A DNA stretch of 15,508 bases from Gemmatimonadales bacterium (GCA_037189525.1 JBBCJC010000007.1:1-15508), one strand, 5' to 3'. Shown: positions 8,510 through 15,508, numbered from the stretch's first letter. Notes: a model not told the origin generated them from the letters alone. Made by a program: numbers and translations.

Positions 8510-8932
8510 ATGCACTATCGCCTTCTCAGCATCGTTCTTCTCCTGCTAGCGTGCGGATCAAGTCCGGATGCAAAGCAAGCCCGTGCCATCAGAATTCTCG
8601 TCGAGCGGATCGCACCGGCCCAACACGCGTACCACGCTGCACAAGGGACGTTTGCGCCCGATGCCCGATCCCTGTTGGGCAGCGACGAGATCGACGGGCT
8701 TCGGCTCCTGGTCGATGGCGACACGGCGGGCTGGAATGCCTCGGTCTTTGATCCGGCGCTGGGGCCAGCCACCTGCGTGATGTCGGTGGGTCGTCCAGCC
8801 CTGCGGCGCAAGCTGCCCGGCGGTTTAACGGTACAGGTACCGGGCACGATCGTGTGCATAGACTACGCGGAATGGGTTCGGCAGGGTCGTATTGCGGAGG
8901 CCCGGTATGATTCCCTGGGCATCCGGATCTAG
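8510..8932 (+). CDS. Putative lipoprotein of unknown function (140 aa)
   Basis: GAAGG before ATG 8510; MHYRLLSIVLLLLAC lipobox-like signal. The listed ORF 8003-8932 is an extension through the attC. Confidence 0.75.
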   Translation: MHYRLLSIVLLLLACGSSPDAKQARAIRILVERIAPAQHAYHAAQGTFAPDARSLLGSDEIDGLRLLVDGDTAGWNASVFDPALGPATCVMSVGRPALRRKLPGGLTVQVPGTIVCIDYAEWVRQGRIAEARYDSLGIRI

Positions 8933-8963
8933 CGTGCCGGTCGGTCTGCGTTCCGTCGCTGCT

Positions 8964-9100
8964 GTCTAACAGGGGTTTGCAGCGGGCAGCCGGGGCGGGT
9001 CTCCTCTTCCGGAGTCGCGGCCGCGCCCTCATGTTAGCTGAGGATAGCGCGGCCGCTCAGCTCCGTGCCCGGCTGCCGCTGAAACCCAAAGTCGTTAGGC
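8964..9100 (+). repeat. attC site 13 (family B)
   Basis: GTCTAAC...GTTAGGC. Confidence 0.93.
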
Positions 9101-9198
9101 CGACCAAGGATCCGAGTGAGCACCGTATACATCCATCTGCAGCCGCGTGACCCGTATCACAGCGTTCTGGCGAGTCGCGAACTAGCTTATGTCTTGCG

Positions 9199-9591
9199 AT
9201 GACGATTCCCTGGCAGAATTGGAGAGCCCTTGGCCTTCTTGCCCCGCTTCTAGGGGCGTGTGCCACCGATACCGTTTGCATCCTCGAGCCAGATCCGACG
9301 ATCCGGGTTACCGTGTTGGACGCGGAAACCGGCCGCGCAATCACGGACAGCGCGTCCGGCTTCGTGACGCTTGGCGCACGACGTTCGGATCTCATTCGAT
9401 TCGAGTACCGCGTGGGCGGCGGAGCGACTCTCATTCTGGCGAGCTTTGAGCAGACCCCGGGTTCCTACCAAGTCGTTGTGACTCGGCCCGGCTACGATCA
9501 GTTCGCCATGAGCGGGATCCAGATCGAGAAAGGTCACTGCTTTTCGAGAGGGCCCGCCCTCACAGTACCCCTGAACCGCCGCTCTTCGTAG
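9199..9591 (+). CDS. Putative lipoprotein with carboxypeptidase-regulatory-like beta-sandwich domain (130 aa)
   Basis: LLGAC lipobox; VTVLDAETGRAI...PGSYQVVVTRPGY pattern typical of CarboxypepD_reg-like domains. Confidence 0.7.
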   Translation: MTIPWQNWRALGLLAPLLGACATDTVCILEPDPTIRVTVLDAETGRAITDSASGFVTLGARRSDLIRFEYRVGGGATLILASFEQTPGSYQVVVTRPGYDQFAMSGIQIEKGHCFSRGPALTVPLNRRSS

Positions 9592-9622
9592 CAACAGCGC
9601 GACCCGTGATGCCCAGCCGGCG

Positions 9623-9761
9623 GCCTAACAAGGTGTTGCAGCGGGCAGGCGCGCGGGGTGCCGATTTGCGGAGTCGCGGCCGCGCCCCCATGTTGGTTGG
9701 GAGGATGGCGCGGCCGCTCGGCTCCGTGAGCGCCTGCCGCTGAACACCAGAGTCGTTAGGC
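9623..9761 (+). repeat. attC site 14 (family A)
   Basis: GCCTAAC...GTTAGGC. Confidence 0.93.
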
Positions 9762-10094
9762 GGCTTGGTTGAGGGAATTTTATGGTGGTGTCGTGGGTGG
9801 TGGGCATCGGTCCGCGTGTTCGCCCGGGATCGCCGCTCCCCGGGGTGGCGCGCGTCGGTTGCGCCCCAGCGTTGCGGAGCCGCCCGGGGAACTGTCGGGC
9901 TACACAGCTGTCGAGGCGCGCCGGCGATCACGGCCAGTGGGTCTCCGGTGTGCGCGCCTCGCACCTGCGGCCCCGTCCGGGCCGTGGTCGGGCTCGGCGG
10001 CTCCGCCTCGGTGATCCGTTGCCGGCGCGCCACCCCGGCGAGGTTCCCGGCGCCGCTGGCGCACCAGGGCGGTGGTGTGCGGAGCGGGGACGCC
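9762..10094 (+). ncRNA. Gene-less cassette body, copy 4; candidate structured non-coding RNA or regulatory element
   Basis: Invariant motifs at 9897, 9965 and 10052; ends resemble copy 3 while the centre is diverged. Confidence 0.45.
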
Positions 10095-10239
10095 CCCTAA
10101 CAGGCGGTTGGAGACTGACGGCCGCGTGTGGGTCGCGAGGCACATGCCTCGCGCGCCGCCAAAGGCGGCGGTACCTTCACCGCGTAGTGGGGCGGCGCGC
10201 CTCCACCGCGGCCGCAGCTCAACCGCTAAGTCGTTAGGC
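10095..10239 (+). repeat. attC site 15 (family C)
   Basis: CCCTAAC...GTTAGGC. Confidence 0.9.
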
Positions 10240-10269
10240 CGCATACTAGCATATGTGCTCTATAAGCCT

Positions 10270-10824
10270 ATGAAACTCGCAACCAAACGCCAACTTGCGG
10301 TCGGCTTGGTCGTTACAATCGGGGGCGGCCTTGCCGTCGAATTCCTGAAGGGGTTCCCGGTTCTAGGCTGGATCGGAAATGCTCTAGGACGGCTAGCCAA
10401 TTGGCTAGGCTCACCAGTTACCATACAACGGTGGGTGCTCATCAGCTTCTGGATAATGCTGATACTGTTTGTCGGTGCGATAGTTCGAAGGTTCCGCCGC
10501 CCTGCTGGGCCAACGTGGTTAGCCTATCAGACCGATCATTTTCTTGATGTCACCTGGCGATGGCAATACTTCGGCAACTCTGTCGCTGAAGGAACAGTAG
10601 TGCCATACTGTCCCAAGTGCCTATGCCAGATGGTCTTTGTTAATGCAAGCACCTACACCGCCGTACCGCGAACTGCAGTCACCTGCGACGAGTGCGGCTA
10701 CAGTCGCCAATTTGAGGGCTATCCCAACGACATCCGAAATAGAATCGGCCGCCTCGTTGAGCGTTCCATAAATACCGGTACCTGGCTGAAAGCTCATGCA
10801 CAGATCGATGGCGATGCGGCCTAA
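10270..10824 (+). CDS. Membrane protein with two N-terminal TM segments and a C-terminal CxxC...CxxC zinc-ribbon-like domain (184 aa)
   Basis: First ATG after attC15; hydrophobic segments LAVGLVVTIGGGLAV and WVLISFWIMLILFVGAIV; CPKC and CDEC motifs; stop in the attC16 TAAC. Confidence 0.75.
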   Translation: MKLATKRQLAVGLVVTIGGGLAVEFLKGFPVLGWIGNALGRLANWLGSPVTIQRWVLISFWIMLILFVGAIVRRFRRPAGPTWLAYQTDHFLDVTWRWQYFGNSVAEGTVVPYCPKCLCQMVFVNASTYTAVPRTAVTCDECGYSRQFEGYPNDIRNRIGRLVERSINTGTWLKAHAQIDGDAA

Positions 10825-10956
10825 CAAGGGTTTGCAGCGGGCAGCCGGGCGGGGCTCCGCTTCCGGAGACGCGGCCGCGCCCCAATGTTGATTGGGAGGA
10901 CGGCGCGGCCGCTCGGCTCCTTGCCCGGCTGCCGCTGAAACCCAGAGTCGTTAGAC
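10819..10956 (+). repeat. attC site 16 (family B)
   Basis: GCCTAAC...GTTAGAC. Confidence 0.93.
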
Positions 10957-10991
10957 GGCACATTCGACCATAGCCTCACCTTTGAGGACGT

Positions 10992-11729
10992 ATGACTGAT
11001 CCGATATCCGTCAAGACACCTCCTGCACGACTATACTCGATCTTCGATCCATTGGTGTCTAACGCGGAGCACGAGGGCAAGGTGACGGGACATGTACTTG
11101 CTCTTGCCATGGGTCGCGAGAACGGTGAGGTCCAGGGAGTGTGGTATGCTGCCCATGTCGAGGTCATGGGTCTTCTCGATGGCGCTGAGTCGTATGTCCG
11201 TGATAGGACACTGGACTACGACAATTCGCCCCATAGACGCACGTTCGCAACCCTTCGGCAATACTTCTCTGAGCTGCATCTCAATAATTCGTGGCAAAAC
11301 TATCGTCGCAATTTTGAACCTCTGATCACCATCGCGTTACCATTCTCTATCCATGCGGCCGAGCTTGATGCCCAAGCGGTGTCGATCGACCCCGCCAGCG
11401 TGGAGACTGTCAAAAGCAAACTTGATGGGTTGATTCAGGCCGTCAAAGATTCGGACTATCCGGCTGAGTTCCGCACTGAACTCCTATCGGCTCTCGTTCA
11501 GTTGAAGGATAAGATCACGAGATTTGAAGTATTCGGCCCCGAGGGTATTAAGGCTGTAACCGCAGCCGTCGTTGGCACTATGGTCGTCAACGAGGCCGTT
11601 GTGAAAACCAATAGGGAGATTGCGATTGAGGCCGCAGACCTCATAAACACGATCGCCGATGTATTCCTGAAATCATATGCCGTCGCGCACCTTATCGGCC
11701 AAACAGTGCTTGGTCTTCTACGCAGCTAG
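10992..11729 (+). CDS. Hypothetical helical protein (245 aa)
   Basis: GAGGA RBS; fills the cassette; visibly lower GC than the attC sites. Confidence 0.8.
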   Translation: MTDPISVKTPPARLYSIFDPLVSNAEHEGKVTGHVLALAMGRENGEVQGVWYAAHVEVMGLLDGAESYVRDRTLDYDNSPHRRTFATLRQYFSELHLNNSWQNYRRNFEPLITIALPFSIHAAELDAQAVSIDPASVETVKSKLDGLIQAVKDSDYPAEFRTELLSALVQLKDKITRFEVFGPEGIKAVTAAVVGTMVVNEAVVKTNREIAIEAADLINTIADVFLKSYAVAHLIGQTVLGLLRS

Positions 11730-11740
11730 TTAACTGTGCC

Positions 11741-11877
11741 GTCTAACAGGGGTTTGCAGCGGACGGCCGGGCGGGGTTCCGCTTCCGAAATCGCGGCCGC
11801 GCCCCCATGTTGGTTGAAGGATGGCGCGGCCGCTCAGTTCCTAGAGCGGCCGCCGCTGAAACCCAAAGTCGTTAGAC
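11741..11877 (+). repeat. attC site 17 (family B)
   Basis: GTCTAAC...GTTAGAC. Confidence 0.93.
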
Positions 11878-11940
11878 CGCGTCGATGTATCATAGAGATC
11901 GTAGCCCACGTTCCTGTCGTTTCTACTTAGGAGCTAGTCT

Positions 11941-12540
11941 ATGATCAGGATCAAGTCGCCCGTTGGTGCTATTCGTCCTCGTCAATTGACCTCTGGCCAG
12001 CGCTGGCTCCGAGGATGGGGGCGTCTCGCACTGATTGCCTTGCCCATCGCAATCTTGTACTTCTGGGTAACGCTAGGATCCGATGCCAATAGAAATAGCT
12101 TGAAACTCTTGTATCCATCTTTTTCTCCGACCTGGGAGTCACCAGGGTACGAATCCCCAAATCGCTGGATGAGGATTGCCGCCGGCACAGACTTCCGGCA
12201 GCTCGATGAACCCACTCAGCGTCAGCACGCAGCAGATTTCTTCGATACCGAGCTTGCTGGGCTTATGCAGGCCCTCTATCTGAATGCGGACGCCTTCCGC
12301 AGTACTTTCGTTCGTGCATCTGTTGAAGGCCCAATTCGTAGGGATGCGCTTGGCGAACCATACCGAGACATTCTTGCCTTCGGTCATCCTGCTCGGGCTC
12401 ACGGCAGTCTACTACTGAATGCAGCCGGTCTCGGGGCTCTTGCAACAGCATGGCTCTGGATCCCTGTCTTTTTGCTAGCAAGTGGGATCCGATGGGTCAT
12501 AGGTGGTTTCCGAGGGCGGTCTGATGCTCGACCAGGGTGA
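11941..12540 (+). CDS. Hypothetical membrane protein with N- and C-terminal TM segments (199 aa)
   Basis: AGGAG RBS; hydrophobic stretches LALIALPIAILYFWV and ALATAWLWIPVFLLASGI. Confidence 0.75.
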   Translation: MIRIKSPVGAIRPRQLTSGQRWLRGWGRLALIALPIAILYFWVTLGSDANRNSLKLLYPSFSPTWESPGYESPNRWMRIAAGTDFRQLDEPTQRQHAADFFDTELAGLMQALYLNADAFRSTFVRASVEGPIRRDALGEPYRDILAFGHPARAHGSLLLNAAGLGALATAWLWIPVFLLASGIRWVIGGFRGRSDARPG

Positions 12541-12545
12541 CCGCG

Positions 12546-12686
12546 GTCTAACAAGGTGTTGCAGCGGGCAGGCGCGGCGGGGTGCCGGTTTGCGGAGTCG
12601 CGGCCGCGCCCCCATGTTGATTGGAAGATGGCGCGGCCGCTCGGCTCCGTGAGTGCGCCTGCCGCTGAACACCAGAGTCGTTAGCC
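12546..12686 (+). repeat. attC site 18 (family A)
   Basis: GTCTAAC...GTTAGCC. Confidence 0.93.
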
Positions 12687-12714
12687 CGCAGCTCTGAACC
12701 TTTCTAGTTGAGCA

Positions 12715-13488
12715 TTGTCAACGATGTGGATCTCGCCCGCAATCTTCGACTGGGAGCCCATGGTCACGGGCTGGTCTGTAGCGGAGGCAGACGGTTGGCG
12801 ACGCCCCTATGAGCATTGGAATCACGCAGAGGGTCTCCTTTCTAAGGCAACTACTGAGTTTGTGCGGATTGACATCGTCACTACTCTGAAGCGAGCGTTT
12901 GATCGACGGCTTCAGCACCTAGAAGCGATGTACTCGTTCAAGGCCCTTCCCCTCACGGGGCAGCCGCGCCGACGGCTAGAGCGCTTAGCTTTCATCGGAT
13001 TGTTACGACCGCTCCTCATCGACAAGCTAGTCGATATTCGGAACAGAATCGAACACGAGGATCGAGGAACCCCGTCGACTGAGTACTGCGCCGAACTGCT
13101 CGACGTAGTATGGTATTTCCTGCGCTCAACCGATTCCCTCGTGAGGCAACGAACTATTGACATCGAGTTCGATCCTACTCATCGACCTGGAGGGCCGTAT
13201 CGATTTTCGCTTAGCGTAGACTACAGCTCACAGTGGAGTGTGAAGCTAAAGGGTTGGATACCGTATACAATGACATCTACTGTGGAAGTAGTCGGATGGC
13301 TACACGTTGCTGTTGATGAGTTGAAGCATGCAGCTGACTATCGGCAAATCTCGAAAGAGGATGCGAAGCACGAGTGGGAGATTGCTCAGGCAGCCCGAGA
13401 TCCGCGAGATGTTCATCTCCAGGCAAGGCTCTTGGGACCAGAACAACAATGCCTTATGGTCTATCAGCATTTCCTCGGCCTTCGCTAG
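12715..13488 (+). CDS. Hypothetical protein with N-terminal HEPN-like motif (about 257 aa; start TTG 12715 or ATG 12724)
   Basis: Fills the cassette; helical N-half with IRNRIEH (R-x4-H). Confidence 0.7.
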   Translation: MSTMWISPAIFDWEPMVTGWSVAEADGWRRPYEHWNHAEGLLSKATTEFVRIDIVTTLKRAFDRRLQHLEAMYSFKALPLTGQPRRRLERLAFIGLLRPLLIDKLVDIRNRIEHEDRGTPSTEYCAELLDVVWYFLRSTDSLVRQRTIDIEFDPTHRPGGPYRFSLSVDYSSQWSVKLKGWIPYTMTSTVEVVGWLHVAVDELKHAADYRQISKEDAKHEWEIAQAARDPRDVHLQARLLGPEQQCLMVYQHFLGLR

Positions 13489-13512
13489 AAACGAAGTCCC
13501 TGGCACACTGCG

Positions 13513-13649
13513 GGCTAACAAGGGTTTGCAGCGGGCAGCCGGGTGGGTCTCCTCTTCCGAAGTCGCGGCCGCGCCCCCATGTTGTTTGGAGGATGGCGCG
13601 GCCGCTCAGCTCCTAGAGCGGCTGCCGCTGAAACCCAAAGTCGTTATAC
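13513..13649 (+). repeat. attC site 19 (family B)
   Basis: GGCTAAC...GTTATAC (non-consensus R'). Confidence 0.92.
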
Positions 13650-13762
13650 GGCCTTGGTCGGCCACACTTTCCGCAGCCTACTACTCCGAGCCGTGCCTTT
13701 GGCGAGGCTAAGGGGTGCCTTACCGTGATACACCTATTTGCCCCTGAGGCGGAGTCCTTGCC

Positions 13763-14296
13763 ATGCGCCGAGTTCGTCCAACCTTCTTCAGTTTGGTGCT
13801 CGTCTTTGGTGCGGCCTGTGCTCCAGTCTCGATTGGCGCGCAGGCGGTCGCTGGTAGCGCCGATGGTTTGACGTCCGGGCCGCTCTTCGATGCACTGGCA
13901 CGGATGGACAGCGTTCTGTTCGACGCATCCTTTACCTCCTGTGATGCGACCAAAGCCAACGCGATCTTCACTGACGATGTCGAGTTCTATCACGATCAGA
14001 CCGGCTTCGCGGCCGGAGAACAGGTGCGCGAGAACACGCGCCGCCTGACCGCATCGTGTCCCCGGAACCACGGCGTGACGCGTACGGTGATTCCCGGTAG
14101 CTTGCGCATCTATCCAATCCAGGGCTATGGGGCCGTTCAGATGGGCGTGCATCGCTTCGATGAGCGTGGCGCCAGCTCCAGCACCCTGACGCGGTTTGTG
14201 CATCTGTGGCGTCTCGAGAATGGGACCTGGCGTCTCGCACGCGTGCTCAGTCTGGATCACCATCCCGTGCCACCGATCCGCCCCGACGTACGCTGA
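13763..14296 (+). CDS. Nuclear transport factor 2 (NTF2)/DUF4440 family secreted protein (177 aa)
   Basis: GGAG RBS; signal peptide; DSVLFDASFTSCD, DVEFYHDQTG, GAVQMGVHRF and FVHLWRLENGTWRLARVLSLDH motifs. Confidence 0.85.
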   Translation: MRRVRPTFFSLVLVFGAACAPVSIGAQAVAGSADGLTSGPLFDALARMDSVLFDASFTSCDATKANAIFTDDVEFYHDQTGFAAGEQVRENTRRLTASCPRNHGVTRTVIPGSLRIYPIQGYGAVQMGVHRFDERGASSSTLTRFVHLWRLENGTWRLARVLSLDHHPVPPIRPDVR

Positions 14297-14430
14297 CGAG
14301 CGACCGGAGTGCATCTACGCCGATCGCGGTACGGACACTCGGCTGTCTCTCGGCCTGTTCATTGGGTTAGGTCTAGCGGACCGGTGTAGGCCGATCTCCC
14401 GCAGCTCCCCGCGCCGATCACGACGGGGCC

Positions 14431-14571
14431 GTATAACAAGGTGTTGCAGCGGGCAGGCGCGCGGGGCCCCGATTTGCAGAGTCGCGGCCGCGCCCCCCAT
14501 GTTTGTGGGAGGTTGGCGCGGCCGCTCGGCTCCGTGAGCGCGCCTGCCGCTGAACACCAAAGTCGTTAGGC
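14431..14571 (+). repeat. attC site 20 (family A)
   Basis: GTATAAC...GTTAGGC. Confidence 0.92.
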
Positions 14572-14593
14572 GGACAGGACGAAGGACGAGACA

Positions 14594-14965
14594 ATGGCTC
14601 GACTCGAGGACACTCGACTCATTCTCGCGGTGCGGAATCTTCGCACTGCCACCGACTTTTTTATGAATACCCTGGGCTTCCAGCGAGACTTCGGCGATGA
14701 GTCGGACGGCTGGAGCTGGCTATCTCGGGAGAATTTCCGCGTCGGCCTGGGCGAATGCCCGGATGTGGTGCCGGCCAGCGAGCTGGGCGATCATTCGTAC
14801 GTAGCGTATATCAACGTGGATGACATCGACAGTCTCTACGCCGAACTCGTCTCACGGGGAGCGTCGATTGGGGCGTCCCCCGAAGCGAAGCCGTGGGGAA
14901 TGCGGGAGTTCGCGCTGCGAACGCCCGACGGTCATCGCATGACGTTCGGCAGTGTTGTGCGATGA
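14594..14965 (+). CDS. VOC family protein (glyoxalase/bleomycin resistance-like, 123 aa)
   Basis: LAVRNLRTATDFFMNTLGF, YINVDDIDSLYAEL and PWGMREFALRTPDGHRMTF motifs. Confidence 0.9.
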   Translation: MARLEDTRLILAVRNLRTATDFFMNTLGFQRDFGDESDGWSWLSRENFRVGLGECPDVVPASELGDHSYVAYINVDDIDSLYAELVSRGASIGASPEAKPWGMREFALRTPDGHRMTFGSVVR

Positions 14966-15114
14966 GATTGCGATGATCGGGATGGCCGGCGGTGTCTGGG
15001 GATGGCGCGCGGACGTGCCTCCCAACGGAGAATGGCACAACACAGTTGCCTTGAGGGACTCTCCTTGGAATGTCGATAGCTTCCTAACTCGGCTATGGCC
15101 CGGATCGCTGTGCC

Positions 15115-15253
15115 GCCTAACAGGGTGTTGCAGCGGGCAGGCGCGCGGGGGCGCCGGTTTGCAGAGTCGCGGCCGCGCCCCCATGTTGGTGGGAGGCTGG
15201 CGCGGCCGCTCGGCTCCGTGGGCGCCTGCCGCTGAACACCAAAGTCGTTAGGC
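15115..15253 (+). repeat. attC site 21 (family A)
   Basis: GCCTAAC...GTTAGGC. Confidence 0.93.
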
Positions 15254-15290
15254 AACACGCCCTGCGTTCCGGTACTTGAGGAGACCTCCA

Positions 15291-15508
15291 ATGGGTCTGG
15301 ATTCGGTCGAGCTGGTAGTGGCCTTCGAAGAGGCGTTCGAACTTCCTATTCCGGATGAGGTCGCGGTCTCTCTTGTCACCCCACGACTGGTGATCGACTA
15401 CCTACACTCGCAGTTGCCCGGGGCGGCAGTGGGCGCATGTCTGTCCCAGCGCGCTTTCTATCGTATCCGGAGGGCGCTCCTACCGCTATCGGCGCGGTCA
15501 CGGGCAGA
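15291..15508 (+). CDS. Acyl-carrier-protein-like domain protein, 3'-truncated by window edge (not in ORF track)
   Basis: GAGGAG RBS. My translation MGLDSVELVVAFEEAFELPIPDEVAVSLVTPRLVIDYL... contains the GLDS phosphopantetheine-site motif, followed by CLSQRAFYRIRRAL. Confidence 0.75.
   Translation, partial: MGLDSVELVVAFEEAFELPIPDEVAVSLVTPRLVIDYLHSQLPGAAVGACLSQRAFYRIRRALLPLSARSRA

Larger units (their letters stand above)
1..15508 (+). mobile_element. Integron gene-cassette array (superintegron-like or CALIN); 21 attC sites, 20 complete and 2 partial cassettes; integrase not in window
   Basis: Regular alternation of single, unrelated, co-oriented ORFs (or gene-less spacers) with 135-145 bp palindromic repeats bounded by TAAC and GTTA cores. 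The start of each cassette is complementary to the R'' side of its own attC. Confidence 0.97.

Noticed and set aside
269..10824. Long ORF versions reading through attC (269-1036, 8003-8932, 10072-10824)
   Set aside because: More plausible starts lie inside the cassettes (509, 8510, 10270); the extensions cross cassette boundaries.
43..14314. Long minus-strand ORFs (e.g. 43-747, 1213-1875, 7366-7938, 13613-14314)
   Set aside because: They are antisense shadows of better-supported + strand genes, often crossing attC sites; none shows tyrosine-recombinase (IntI) motifs.
354..15253. CRISPR array, REP/BIME or IS/MITE interpretation of the repeats
   Set aside because: Repeats are about 140 bp, separated by whole genes, and have attC core architecture. 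There are no cas genes, transposase or target-site duplications.
241..15291. Many recurrent ORFs such as ...VLQRAGARGAGLRSRGRAPMLVGGWRGRSAP... and MGARPRLRKP... on both strands
   Set aside because: These are translations of GC-rich palindromic attC sites. Indels between copies shift the frames and no consistent start or RBS exists.

Overview
The whole window is an internal slice of a large integron cassette array from a GC-rich bacterium; no integrase or attI site is visible. I count 21 attC recombination sites (135-145 bp, RYYTAAC...GTTAGRY-type cores, imperfect hairpins with extrahelical bases). They delimit 20 complete cassettes plus two partial ones at the window edges, all on the + strand. 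Sixteen complete cassettes carry one gene each: Imm26-like immunity protein, DUF2199, HEPN-like proteins, several lipoproteins, TonB C-terminal-like, LpxR-family, NTF2/DUF4440, VOC/glyoxalase and hypotheticals. A partial hypothetical and a partial ACP-like gene lie at the edges. The attC sites fall into three families (A x11, B x6, C x4). The most striking feature is four homologous gene-less cassettes (3310-3785, 4602-5077, 5792-6268, 9756-10233). They are 476-478 bp long despite divergence, share invariant motifs and hairpins containing G-U pairs, have no conserved reading frame, and are the only cassettes carrying family C attC. They are candidates for a mobile structured non-coding RNA cassette family. 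All family assignments come from motif recognition and hand-folding, not database searches.
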